Shown here: positions 1-12,849 of the stretch, piece after piece
Layout: the number at the start of each line of letters is the position of its first letter
How positions within the stretch are numbered: the stretch's first letter is position 1
Source of the DNA: Octopus sinensis
Lineage: Eukaryota
Assembly: GCF_006345805.1 (NCBI RefSeq)
Contig: NC_043014.1
Span: 50,034,001-50,098,000, forward strand
Reading direction: 5' to 3'
Length of the DNA: 64,000 bases
Position numbers and translations under genes: made by a program
The notes under the pieces: generated by a model
Database searches by the model: none
The model's input: only the letters and a program-made list of their open reading frames with translations
What the model was told of the DNA's origin: nothing

Positions 1-706
1 AATGTAATCGACTTAATCCCTTTGTCTGTCCTTATTTGTCCCTTCTATGTTTAGCCCCTTGTGGGCAATAAAGAAATAAGATAAGATGTGGAGGAATGCT
101 CAACATGGGCAGATAGTGTGCACACACACACCTCCCCCATACTCACAGGATACAGAATCAAGCCATATATATATGAGTATGATCATAACTTGTAAATGAG
201 TTGCAGAGCAGAGATGACATTTTTTTTACATGTCTCCTCTCTGTTAAATGCAATGCAGAATCATGACAATTACAACTGAAGATAGACATGTATCTCTTTT
301 TGCAACATCACTGACTGCTTAGTCAGTGTTAAACTACACCGGTTTGACAAGATTTCAGTCTAGCATTCCTTGTTTTAGGTATCTGCTGCTGAAGATGAAA
401 AAAATATGCTGAAATCACAAGATAAAACAGTTCTAATACCAGTAGTGACAAATTCATCAGTCAGTATATAATCTGTGCTTTTTAGCATTTGTCATAGTCA
501 TGAAATGATTTTACAGGAAAATTATAGCAGTTTATGGCGTCCAAGTTAAAGTTAACATGGATATACAAATTAATATATATGTATAACAGTTGGTTAGGAT
601 CACATCAATTATGGTTATTAATTAGTTCAGTAGCTTCTAGCACATGATTAGCAAGCAGAATATTCTGAGAGAACATTAGTAGATTAATTAGTTAATTAAT
701 CAATAA

Positions 707-960
707 ATTCTGTTGTGTCTGGGGAGAGTCATTTTCTTTTTGTGCCTTATGATTTAACACACTCACCGGTAAAATTTCCACTTACTTCTTATTTTTATTT
801 TCCTAAAATTTTCATTGCGTCTTGCAACCTTTTCAATTTTACCAGTGAGTGTATTAGATTATAAGGCAGAAAAAGAGAATGACTCTCCCCAGACACAACA
901 GAATATGCTTCAACACACGAAATCATATAAAGAATCTTGCAAACCAAATCCCAAAACGAA
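707..960. mobile_element. Repeat family with internal inversion (second copy ~49290-49510)
   Basis: 707-776 is the reverse complement of 835-904; 707-836 recurs near-identically at ~49350-49480. Confidence 0.65.
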
Positions 961-971
961 ATAATTATCAT

Positions 972-1425
972 CATCATTTAGCATCCGCTTTCCATGCTAG
1001 CATGGGTTTGACGGTTCAACTGGGGTCTGGGAAGCCGGAAGGCTGCATCAGGCCCAGTCTGATCTGGCAATGTTTCTACAGCTGGATGCCCTTCCTAACG
1101 CCAACCACTCCATGAGTGTAGTGAGTGCTTTTTACGAGCCACCGGCACAGGTGCCAGACGGGGCTGGCAAACGGCCACGGTCGGATGGTGCTTTTTACGT
1201 GCCACTTGCACGGGGGTCAGGCGAGGCTGGCAACGGCCACGATCAGATGGTGCTTTTTACATGCCACCGGCATGGAGGCCAGTCGGGGCGGTGCTGGCAA
1301 CGGCCATGATCGGATGGTTCGCTTACGTGCCACCGGCACTGGTATCACAACTGCAATTTCCATTGATGTTGATCAACTTCAATTTTGGTTCTGATTTCCA
1401 CTTGCCTCAACAGGTCTTCACAGGT
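972..1425 (-). mobile_element. SINE family C (V-domain-like) with internal ~60-66-bp tandem units
   Basis: Minus strand GGTTGGCGTTAGGAAGGGCATCCAGCTGTAGAAAC, tail GCATGGAAAGCGGATGCTAAATGATGATG. Other copies: ~13985-14480, 14745-14885, 27480-28320, 32750-33275, 34180-34470, 36910-37320, 37430-38050, 38090-38250, 38580-38925, 49870-50138, 51820-52530, 62130-62270. V-domain assignment is from memory. Confidence 0.8.
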
Positions 1426-1689
1426 GGAGTTTTGTGTCCTAATTGGACACAATTAATAATAATCAATTAATAATATTCCATTATTCTGTCACAAAATCTG
1501 GAACAGTTTTGTAAAGACAACAGGTACTTCACAACTCAAATCCAAGAACAAGCATGTTACCCATAGCATGCTGCAAGTCTACACAGGAATCAAGAGAAAG
1601 GACAATGACCTTACTACTGAAACATGTGGCAGTTGAGCTACCATTGTCCATTCTTTTAACTTTGAATACATACATACATACATACATAC

Positions 1690-1913
1690 ATACATACACA
1701 AGAGGGACTGGTGAAAAGTTCCTGGCTTTGGGTAAAAGAAAATAGGGGAGGATCAGTTAGTTATGATTTTATTCAACATATTCCCCTCTCAAACTGACAC
1801 ACTTATTGTAGCAGCCTTTCAATTTCTTAAGCCCTGTAAAAGAACTTGGAAGGTTGGAACTCCAGCCAGGCCTTTCACAATACCCTTAAAGCCAGGAATT
1901 TTCAGCCCCTCAC
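1690..1913. mobile_element. Tc1/mariner-derived MITE
   Basis: TIRs TGAAAAGTTCCTGGCTTT / AAAGCCAGGAATTTTCA. Confidence 0.7.
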
Positions 1914-3443
1914 CTTGGATATGTGTGTGTGTGTATATATATATAAACACACACACACACACATATATATAAACATATATATATATATATATATATATAT
2001 AAACATATATATATATAAACATGTATATATATATATATATATAAAATCATATATATATATATATTCCTATGTAGTGAGGCCAGAAATCTTAGTGCACAAA
2101 ATAACAAAGAAACAGTGTTTGGCAGTTGTAATGGAAGCATTGTTGTTGTTGTTAGTAGTATTAGTAACAGTAGTAGTAGTAGCAGCAGTAGCAGACAATG
2201 CCAAAGTCCGTTTATCAAACATCTAAAATAGGAAAATCTGTAGTGAGAATGAGTGTAAAAATATAAGGGGGAGTGTGTGTATATATTCGTGTGTGTGTGT
2301 GTGTGTGTGTAACAAGTTCAGAGGGTGGGAGGTGGGAGAGTCGGTAGATATTATAGTGCTTATTTGTGCGTGTATGTATATGTGTTTGTGTGTGCACATA
2401 TAGGAAGTGAGAACAGGAAGTCGTTGTTCAGGCCTGAGGTAGAGGCATAGAATCCAGCTATGACCATCCCATCTGTTTCCACTGTGCAAGGATCATACTT
2501 GTCTTTTCTCTATGGTGGTGGGGACGGAATGAGGTCTGATGAAATTATAGCTGCTATTTCTAGGAGGTTAAGCAACCGTGTACAGATTCCATCAGAGGTT
2601 CAACAGAATGGGACATCGGAAGAGTAGACTTTAACCATTGCAGGACTTGTTTATATGTGGGTGTTTATGCATGCGGCTATATATATATATATGTATATAT
2701 ACTTTTGTTGTTTTATTCTTTTATTCGTTTCAGTCATTTGACTGTGGCCATGCTGGAGCACTGCCTTTAGTTGAACAAACGACCCCAGGAATTGTTCTTT
2801 GTAAGCCTAGTACTTATTCTATTGGCCTCATTTGCCAAACCGCTAAGTTATGGGGACACAAACACACCAGCATAGTTTGTCAACTGATGTTGGGGGGACA
2901 AACACAGACAAACAAATGCATATATATATATATGTATGTATGTATATATGATGGGCTTCTTACAGTTTCCATCTACCAAATCCACTCACAAGGCTTTGAT
3001 CGGCCCAAGGCTATAGTAGAAGACACTTGCCAAAGGTACCACACACTCAAACTGAACTCAGAACTGAGTGGTTGGTAAGCAAGCTACTTACCACACAGTC
3101 ACTCCTGTGCCTTACATATACACATGCACATACATACATGTATGTGTGTGTACATATATATATGCGTATAGTGACAGAACCGGAAGTTGGAGTAGACAGT
3201 TAAATAAAACAGGTTTTGCGTGCATGTGTGTGTGTGTTGTATGTTTATGTGATGAATGTATTTATGTAAGTACACATATGGATGTCTGCATGTGAATATG
3301 TATGTATATATGTTTGTATGTCTGTACGTATGTGTCTGTGCATATGTATATATGTTTGTGTGTGTTAATGTGAGAGAGATAAGAAATGTAAAGTTTAAGG
3401 GAATATAAACTGAGACCAAGATAACAATAACAACAACAGCAGC

Positions 3444-3478
<35 letters not shown>

Positions 3479-3799
3479 CAGCAGCAGCAGCAACAATGAC
3501 CGAATTGTTCCTAATACTGGAACAAGATTTGAAATTTTAGGGGAGAAGCTTAGGTAACAGAATACATGACTGGTATTTTATTTTATTGACCCCGTAGGGT
3601 AAAAGGCAAAATTGGCCACGGCAGGATTTGAACTCAGGATGTAAAGTGCCACACCACGCACTGCAGTGCTCTAACCATGCTTCCAATCCCTGACCCTCAC
3701 AATGCATCTGTGTATCTGTATCTGCAAATTGTGTACGTGTGAAATAGTCAAGCAATTTATGCAAGCATGTATGTATATGCATGTACATACATAAATACA

Positions 3800-3851
<52 letters not shown>

Positions 3852-4044
3852 TTGTCTACTCCTTATGTAGAGTCTGACCACCTCTTCTACTTACACATTA
3901 GAATCATCATGGCACCTGATGTGGCTTTTTAAACCAGACCAATGTATTGAAAAGATAGCCACATAGATTGCATATTTGATTTGGACCACCAAGAGCTGTA
4001 GTTAAATTCTGATCTTTGTGTATTTTAAAATGTCTCTTGAGGCC

Positions 4045-4452
4045 ACAGGAGTGGCTGTGTGGTAAGTAGCTTGCTTAACAACCACATGGTTCCGGGTTCA
4101 GTCCCACTGCGTGGCATCTTGGGCAAGTATCTTCTGCTATAGCCCCGGGCCGACCAATGCCTTGTGAGTGGATTTGGTAGACGGAAACTGAAAGAAGCCT
4201 GTCGTATATATGTGTTTATATATATATGTGTGTGTATATATATATATGTGTGTGTGTGTTTGTGTTTGTCCCCCTAGCATTGCTTGACAACCGATGCTGG
4301 TGTGTTTACGTCCCCGTCACTTAGCGGTTCGGCAAAAGAGACCGATAGAATAAGTACTGGGCTTACAAAGAATAAGTCCCGGGGTCGATTTGCTCGACTA
4401 AAGGCGGTGCTCCAGCATGGCCGCAGTCAAATGACTGAAACAAGTAAAAGAG
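4045..4452 (+). mobile_element. tRNA-derived CORE-type SINE, family B (representative copy)
   Basis: A box TGGCTGTGTGG, B box GGTTCAGTCCC, CORE-like CTTGGGCAAGT, internal microsatellite, common 3' half. Other copies: ~2715-3110(-), 7768-8178(+), 9143-9550(+), 21028-21407(-), 22030-22190(-), 25879-26420(+), 33582-33740(+), 41752-42080, 42590-43075, 45445-45848(-), 47665-48012(-), 50565-51036(-), 60165-60440(-). Confidence 0.85.
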
Positions 4453-4629
4453 TGTATTTGCAGACCTTATGGCATACACAGCGTTGAAAGCTGTTCACAT
4501 ATATATAAAGAAAATAGATGGTGGAGGTTCGTTTTTCATGGGTCTACAAATGAGATTTGAGTCCAGCAAAAGAAAATCATGTTCTGTCACAAACTGTGAA
4601 CACAAAACGCTCACTGAGATTCACCTTCT

Positions 4630-5280
4630 GTCTCCTGAGTCTTGCATGTGTCTCTTCAAAAGCTTTCACTCCACTCCACACTTTTGTTTGCTATCCAACT
4701 CAATCCGAAGCAAGGGTTTCTATGCCCTTTGGATCCATTCCAAGTGACTTTATGGTAGTCCTTATGGCATCCTTAAACCTCTTTTTAGGTTTACACCAAT
4801 TGCATTTCCATTCTACAAGCTCACCATAAAACAGCTGTTTGGGTGTGCGTTCATCCACCATTCGAACAATATGACCAGACCATCTCATTCGATTTTTCAA
4901 AGTCATTGATTTAATTGAAGTGATGCCTGCAGATGCAAAGACGTCTGTGACTGGAGTAAAAAAGCCCCATTTAATATGGCAAAAGCCTCCTTGGTGGTAT
5001 GGTTCTAATAGTTTGAAATGGTTTTCATAACACGTCCATGTTTCAGAAGAATACAACAGGAATGGTAAGACAGACGATTTGTAAAGATCCAATTCTGTGT
5101 TGTTATTCATATGTCGTTGGCGCCAAACGCTTCACTCCAAACCACCAAATGCTTCTGCAGCCCTTTGAATTCGCAGGTGTATTTCTGTGTCCAGATTTCC
5201 ATCATTTTGTACAGAGCTTCCGAGGTAGATGAAAGAGTCAACAACCTCAAGTAACTTACCCTTGATGAAAATTTGCATAT
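4630..5280 (-). mobile_element. RTE-clade LINE, degenerate RT C-terminal fragment
   Basis: LEVVDSFIYLGS, LLYSSETWT, RMRWSGHIVRM, PKQLFYGEL, PKKRFKD motifs with frameshifts. Confidence 0.88.
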
Positions 5281-5323
5281 GCATGTATATACATACATAC
5301 ATATATATATATATACATATACA

Positions 5324-5480
5324 CATAGTTAATCCAAACATGAAAACACAAAGAGAAAACACAACAACGCGAGGACGTGGAACAAGTATAGTGTTATTGG
5401 ACACTCAGGAAAGGAAAGAAAGAAGGAGGATTTAATGTTTCAAGCGGAGCTCTTTGTCAGAAACATAGGAAAAAAAAATC
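5324..5480 (-). mobile_element. PLE-like repeat with decayed hammerhead (second copy 16905-17085, +)
   Basis: Two copies share the sequence. Minus strand UGUUU-CUGACAA-A-GAGC(UCC)GCUU-GAAACAUU-AAAU; core G8 is A. Confidence 0.55.
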
Positions 5481-5894
5481 GCCAACGATACACACGTGGT
5501 CACATATCAAAATAAGCAACAAGGATATCCAGAGGTAATGCGGTACGATCGTGTCATGCAACTCCATTTAATTGAACAATGCAAACATTTCCTTTATATC
5601 AGTTCAAAATGTAGAGCAATCTTCAGCTGCACAAAGACATAGAATTTAATTAAATTAGAACAGATGGACACATTAGTATAATTTTACCCAAAATCTCCAA
5701 GAGGATAACAAGATAGACAAAGAACATGTTTTACCAACAACATCATAGGTTGTAACTGAAATTTTTTTCAAGAAGACACTGCTTTTCATTGCTTTTTCTG
5801 TGATTTAGTTTTAATTATGGGTGGGGGGTCAGTTTTTATTTTATCAAAGTTTTTTATTTTTAGTTTATCAAAGGCTGAGAGAAGACAGAGGATA

Positions 5895-5928
<34 letters not shown>

Positions 5929-6271
5929 TCACACATACATACATATGTTTGTATGTATATGTATGTATATACATACATACGCATGCACACACACATATAT
6001 GACGGTTTAAGAGTGTGTACTTTAATAGTTGGGCATAGTGTGTGTGTGTGTGTGTATATGTATTAGATTTGAGTATGTGTATGTAACAGTTGTACTTACT
6101 GTGTGTAGAGAGTTCCTGTGTGTAATAACTGGGTCTTATTGTATTGCGTGTTTACGAGTGTACAGGAATAGTTGGGTATTGTGTTGTGTGTATGTATATG
6201 TATGACAGGTTGTATGTATGCACCCCATTGTTTGGCATTCTATATATGTATGTGTGAGTTTATGTGTGTGC

Positions 6272-6311
<40 letters not shown>

Positions 6312-6721
6312 ATGTGCATGTGTGTCTGTGTGTGTGTTTGTGTCTACATATATATATCTCTATGTGTTTGTGTGTATGCATAGGTATCTCTGTGTCATAT
6401 AACCATATACTGACATGTGTGTGCTTATGTGTTTGTGTCTATGTATGTATTTGTTGTGTGTGTGTGTGTTTTCATATATGTCGATCACCCCCATCTCTCA
6501 CCCTGTACTGTGAATTGATAAGGAGAGTTACCCGACTTCCCTGACTCACTTCACACATACACTACTCACACACACACACAGACGTACGCATATATAAACA
6601 CACATACAGAAACACATAATTAGACATAGTCACATACAAATCTAAGTGCATATACACTTATACACACTCATACATACATGTGTGGTCACAATTGCTCAAA
6701 GCACCCACATGCATATACACA

Positions 6722-6756
<35 letters not shown>

Positions 6757-6991
6757 TCACACAGATTGCTATTGAGATAGGTGTACATTATTCCACACAA
6801 GCAAAAACGAATGTGTAGACAAACTCACATAAAGATGGAGTTTCTACAATACATACACACACATATGTAAATATACACACACATACATACACACACACAT
6901 CCACAAGCTCACATATATATACACATCCATACATACTTATACACATACACACGCATGCACACATACATACACACACACATATATCCACAAG

Positions 6992-7027
<36 letters not shown>

Positions 7028-7200
7028 CATACATACTTATACACATACACACATATATCCACAAGCTCACATATATATTTATCCATACATATACACACAT
7101 ATAGCCACAAGTATACATTTATACACATCCATACATACTTATACACATACACATAAACACACATACCCATACATACGAGGAACACACACACACACACATC

Positions 7201-7300
7201 CGGCACAAACAGACAGCATCAAAGTGACGATGCAGACAAAGAAGGCTTTGGAAACTGAAGAATTGGTAAACGGGAACCTCTAAGAACATCGTGGCTGGAG
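7201..7300 (+). other. Candidate non-coding (5' UTR) exon; left boundary uncertain
   Basis: About 100 bp of unique sequence inside microsatellite, ending in a consensus donor GAG|GTAAGT; contains a short ATG..TAA uORF (7230-7283). Confidence 0.3.
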
Positions 7301-7645
7301 GTAAGTGTGTCTTTTATTCTAACACCTACATATTGATTGAAGGGTGGGGAGTGGGGGTGGAGGAGAGATCAATACAGTGAATGTGTTGATTGATAGACAG
7401 AGACATAGACAGGTAGATGGATATTAATACAGACATAGATATATATATATGTATGTATAAATATATATATATGTATGTGTATATATATATATATATAATA
7501 TTTATGTATGTATATGTGTGTGTATATATATGTATATATGTGTGTATAAATATGTATATTTCATAAGGAGGGTATATATATATATATATAGGTATATATG
7601 ATATTTATGTATGCATGTATGTATATATGTGTATGTATATATATA

Positions 7646-7681
<36 letters not shown>

Positions 7682-7730
7682 ATATATATATGTATATATA
7701 TTTATGTATGTATGTATATATATATATATG

Positions 7731-7767
<37 letters not shown>

Positions 7768-8202
7768 GGTGCAGGAGTGGTAAGAAGCTTGCTTTCCAAC
7801 CACTTGTTTCTAGGTTCAGTCCCACTACATGGCACCTTGGAGAACTGCCTTCTTCTACAGCCTTGGCTGACCAAAAACTTGTGAGTGGTTTTGGTAAATG
7901 GAAACTGAAAGAAGCCCATTGTATATATATATATATACTTAAATATATATATATATATAATATATATATATTTGTATATCTGCCTTTGTTTCCCCAACAT
8001 CGCTTGACAACTGATGCTGGTGTCTATATGTCCCTGTAACTTAGTGGTTCGGCAAAAGAGACCGATAGAAAAAGTACTAGTCTTATGAGGAATAAGTCCT
8101 GCAGTCGATTTGTTCAACTAAAGGCAGTGCTCCAGCATGGCTGCAGTCAAATGACTGAAACAAGCAAAACAATAAAAGAATATATATATATGTGTGTGTG
8201 TA

Positions 8203-8241
<39 letters not shown>

Positions 8242-8246
<5 letters not shown>

Positions 8247-8529
8247 TGCAGCGTGGAAGGTGTTTATAAGCCATTTAAGAAACACACAAAAGCCGTTCGA
8301 TTCACTCCAACATTTAAGTTTAATTTGTCAAAATATATTTTCGTCGCTAAAATCCGCGACCTGTTCACTGACAAAGTCCGTGCTGCATCTCGGATTTTTG
8401 TCAGTGAACAGGTCGTGGATTTTAGCGACAAAAATATATTTTGACAATTAAACTTAAATGTTGGAGTGAATCGAACGGCTTTTGTGTGTTTCTTAAATGG
8501 CTTATAAACACCTTCCACGCTGCAATTGT
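8242..8529. repeat. Near-perfect 288-bp palindrome (foldback)
   Basis: ACAATTGCAGCGTGG...CCACGCTGCAATTGT; arms ~135 bp; mirror-image ORFs on both strands. Confidence 0.92.
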
Positions 8530-8587
8530 TTTCGTTTCAGCACACGATCTCAGATCAAATTACTTGCTATGCGAGTACATCTCCGTA

Positions 8588-8622
<35 letters not shown>

Positions 8623-9142
8623 TATATATGTATTTGTATATATATCTTATATGTGTGTGTATATGCATATGTATATATATATATATACACATTTATTTAT
8701 ATACATATATATGTGTATATATATGCATGCATGTATGCATATATTAGATATGTATCCATTCTTGTATATAGACTTGTATATATATATATATACATACATA
8801 TATTCTGACATACACACACACATATTCATTGATGCATGACTTTGGCGGGTAACTTGAATGAATAGAAACTCCATTGACTTTAACACATATACAAAATACA
8901 TACATACATACGCAGATCCATACATAGTACATATGTGTATATATAAATATATTGATATAGATATACACATACAGTACTGTTTACAATGTTCATCTGTGGT
9001 GGAGGCCCAGCACCATTGAAAAATTACCAAATCCCATCAACCATAATTCTATAGGTGTGATTGTGTCTGTACATGTGTGTGTGTGTGTGTGGAGAGAGAG
9101 AGACAGACAGACAGAGATGTGTGTTTATTTATAAATATGTGC

Positions 9143-9309
9143 GCAGGAGTGGCTGTGTGGTAAGTAGCTTGTTTACCAACCACATGGTTCCGGGTTCAGT
9201 CCCATTGCGTGGCACCTTGGGCAAGTGTCTTCTACTATAGCCTCGGGCTGACCAAAGCCTTGTGAGTGGATTTGGTAGACGGAAACTGAAAGAAGCCCGT
9301 CGTATATAA

Positions 9310-9346
<37 letters not shown>

Positions 9347-9550
9347 TGTGTGTGTCTGTGTTTGTCCCCCTAGCATTGCTTGACAACTGATGCTGGTGTG
9401 TTTATGTCCCTGTTACTTAGCGGTTCGGTAAAAGAGACCGATAGAATAAGTACTGGGCTTACAAAAGAATAAGTCCCAGGGTCGAGTTGCTTGATTAAAG
9501 GCGATGCTCCAGCATGGCCACGGTCAGCTGACTGAAACAAGTAAAAGAGT
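9143..9550 (+). mobile_element. Family B SINE, near full-length
   Basis: High identity to 4045-4452 over head, CORE-like region and tail. Confidence 0.85.
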
Positions 9551-9917
9551 ACATTGCCATGAGTTATCCAACACTGTATATCAATGAAAACAGTCTGATT
9601 CCATATTTTGTGAGTTTTTGTGGTGATAACATAATACTATTGTGTAGATGATGATGATGATTATTATTATTATTGTTGTTGTTGTTGTTGTTGTTAAGAC
9701 AGTGAGCTGGCAGAACTGTTAGCATGCAGGACGAAATGCTTGGCAGTATTTCATCTGTCATTATGTTCTGAGATCAAATTCCACCAAAGTCGACTTTACC
9801 TTTCATCCTTTAGGGGTCGATAAATTAAGTACCAGTTGTGTACTAGGGTTGATGTAATTGAGTATCACCCTCCCCCAATTTCAGGCCTTGTGCCTATAGT
9901 AGAAAGGATTATTATTA

Positions 9918-10320
9918 TTGCCTATGCAAAACTTCTAACGTTGGAGATGTACTATGGTGTCAGCTGTTCACTACCAGTGAACTAAAGTAACACCTCTTAT
10001 TTTTCGAGCACCTTCCAGAGTATTCGAGAGGTTCCAAGCAGTGCTGTTTTCTGCAAGTGCTCCACCCTTATTGCAGCTCCTATTTGTTCCACGTATTTCT
10101 CTAGATTTTTGCTGAACGTTCCCAGGGCTCCGTCATTTATTAATATTACTGCTACCTGTTTCATCGACCACAACTGCTTAACTTCCCAAGCTAACCTGTC
10201 AAATCTCTCGTCTTTTCTTTCTTCCTTATCGCATACCTTGTTGCCAGCTGGGCATGCTATGTCTATGATCCAGCATAGTTCGTTTTCTTTCTCAATTAAG
10301 ACTATGTTTGGCTTTGTTTG
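9918..10320 (-). mobile_element. R4/Dong-like LINE 3' end (restriction-like endonuclease region)
   Basis: WIIDIACP, GALGTFSKNLEKY, EHLQKTALLGTSRILWKVLE, (AAT)n tail. Confidence 0.8.
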
Positions 10321-10374
10321 TTGTTGTTGTTGTTATGCTGGACCATGCTAATTTAATTAGTATTTTATCATGAG

Positions 10375-10915
10375 GTTTGGTGACAACAAGTCTACTCAAA
10401 TCACAAGAATCTTTCTTAGGACTCTTGGAGAAGATAGGTTGGAACTTTTCTGTAGGTCAACAATGTGAGTTTCAATTCCAATTTCTTTCAGTTTTTTTTA
10501 GTAGAATTTTGGGTGTTGTACCTAGTGCACCTATAACTACAGGTAATATAATTGTTGTCCAGGTGTTCTGCAGTCTCCTCAGCTCTCTGGCTGGATCCTG
10601 ATACATCTCAATTTTTCTTTCATTTCAATAGTATTGACTCTGCTACTATAGGGAACTGCAAAATCTATGATCTTATTCAGTTCATTTATTTTGTTGTCCT
10701 CTATGATCATATCCAGTCTCCTGGCTTCAATAGTATGGTCAGTCTTTATGGGGAAATCCCACAAGAACTTGTAATTCTCATTTTCTATCACAGCTTCTGG
10801 TTCATGTTCATACCACTTTTTTTCTGTTGTCTTGAAGCTACATGCTTGGCTAACATCCCAATGCACTCTTTTGCCTACACACACAAACACACATCTGTGT
10901 TTATACTCCTTTTGT
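10375..10915 (-). mobile_element. Second R4/Dong-like LINE 3' fragment
   Basis: WYEHEPEAVIENENYKFLWDFPIKTDHTIEARRLDMII...IIDFAVP, YQDPARELRRL, PVVIGALG. Confidence 0.85.
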
Positions 10916-11856
10916 GCTAGTATACTGCACTCATTCGAAAGGTTCTACATTTGCTGTCTGATTGGGTTTTGTTGAACTTTGCCTTTATCAAATTTGTTGT
11001 AAGGGTCTGTTCCTTAGTGACCATAATTATATACATATATATGCATATATGGGTACAGGACGTCACAAACTGTAAACAACATGAAATACGAAAACAAACA
11101 AGTTGAATATGCAAACAACAAGAGAAACAATGGAAAACAGGACAAGTAACATAAAGAACGACCCTTCATTTGTTGTTGGCTGTCCCTATACTCCTCATTT
11201 CGAGCATTGAACATATATATATATATATATACTTTATCATTATAAAAGCTGCAAAAACATCACAAAAATATTACAAAAAACTCAGTTTCACATTCCCATT
11301 TGTTGGACAGTTTAGATTGAGAATCATTATCAACCTAAATTATCTGATGATGAACAAGAACGTGAAACTTTGGGTATCAGTTTCATGTAGTATTTTTGCA
11401 GCTTTAATAATAATGAAGCATATTACTCTACCTCTGGTATTCGAGTACTATTTTCCCCACCTTGTTTCACATTTATGTGCTTACTTTTGTCTGTGACGTC
11501 CTGTTCTTGTTATTATTATTATTATCATTATTGTTTTTACGTATTTTTGCATTCTTATTCGTGTTATCATTATTGTTTTTACGTATTTTTGTATTCTTAT
11601 TCGTGTAACATCGTCCGGTTTTCTGTCCTTGTTTTGTATACATTCGAGGCCTTCTTCCAAGGAATCTAATGCGCTTGGCTTAGATTTTCCTTTGGGGCTG
11701 GCCAGGTCGGAGCAATCTCGAGATTAATCAGCTGAAATTGCGAGGATGATCTGGTTCTTGACTGAAGATTGAAGTCTTCGAATGTCCCGTCCGTGTTTTT
11801 TGTATCGTCTCCTAAATGTTTTACGTTCTTGTCCCAGTTTGTATTTTTTTACATTT

Positions 11857-11889
<33 letters not shown>

Positions 11890-11895
<6 letters not shown>

Positions 11896-12454
11896 AAAGG
11901 CAGTTTGTCTGTCTGTGTGTCTGTCAGGTTGTACCCTCACCCTGACCACGGCTTTCAACTGATTCTGATGAAACTTGACACACACATAGCCCAATGTCAT
12001 AATTCAAAACTAACGCAGTGAAAATTTTGAAAAGTTCCCCCAGTTCTGAAAAAAATCGATAAATTCGACATGGGGTCAAGAATCTAAGCTTATCATATGC
12101 AACACATTTTCCGTTGTAGTTTTCACAACTTGCAATCGATTTTCACTAAACTCATGGTGAAGCTTAATGTTACCCTAAGGAACTTAATTCTGACGTTAGT
12201 TTTCCATGCAATACCTTACCATCAGAAAAAATCGATAAAATCATGCCATTTGGGAAATTGCGTTCAAATTCAAGATGACATATTTTCGACAATATCTTTA
12301 ACAAATTGGCAGGAATTTTCTTTGAACTTCTCAGCGAGCATCATGTCTGCTCCAAGGAGCTATATGGCCCTTTTGATTCCAATAGGATACGTCATTACTG
12401 GAAAAAATCGGTTTTATCGACAAAGTTTCTTACATACCCGGGCCATGCTGCTAG
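11890..12454 (+). mobile_element. Helitron-like non-autonomous element
   Basis: Starts in (TA)n with GGCAGTTTGTCTGTCTGTGTGTC, contains GATTCTGATGAAACTTG, ends CCCGGGCCATGCTGCTAG|T (partial hairpin, CTAG terminus). Confidence 0.55.
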
Positions 12455-12849
12455 TATACACATAATGCATATATATATGCACATACACACACAACATACA
12501 TACATTCATACATAAAAAAAGTGGAAACAAAAATATTGTACAGCTACACACACACATATATTGGTACACGTGTACGCACACACACACACATGCATGCACG
12601 CACGCACACACAAAGCATACAGACATTCCTTCTTTGTCTTCGAGCGTTGGGTAAAGGAAACTTCCAGCCATGTTCTGAAAAATTCTTCCATCTTCCATAA
12701 AAGAAGGAAAGAAAGCAGAAAGGAGGGAAGAAGAAAGGAAGGAAGGAAGGTTGAGAGGAAAGAAGGAAGGAAGTAAGGAAGGAAGAGATATCAGGCAGCT
12801 ATTTTTAATGTTGTATCAAGTAATTGTTTTGCGTTACTCATTAATAAAG

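Noticed and set aside
5786-8117. Many 60-250-aa Y/I/H/T/C/V-rich ORFs (also 12800-13600, 22800-27250, 36000-36470, 46240-46980, 55000-55550, 61000-61630)
   Set aside because: Translations of dinucleotide and tetranucleotide microsatellites.
8085-8518. Mirror ORFs on both strands
   Set aside because: A consequence of the DNA palindrome.
11344-11385. CUGAUGA...GAAAC...GUA inside an inverted repeat
   Set aside because: Stems I and II do not pair; at best a decayed hammerhead.
11762-11790. CUGAAGA...GAAU motif
   Set aside because: A15.1 is absent and stem II geometry is implausible.
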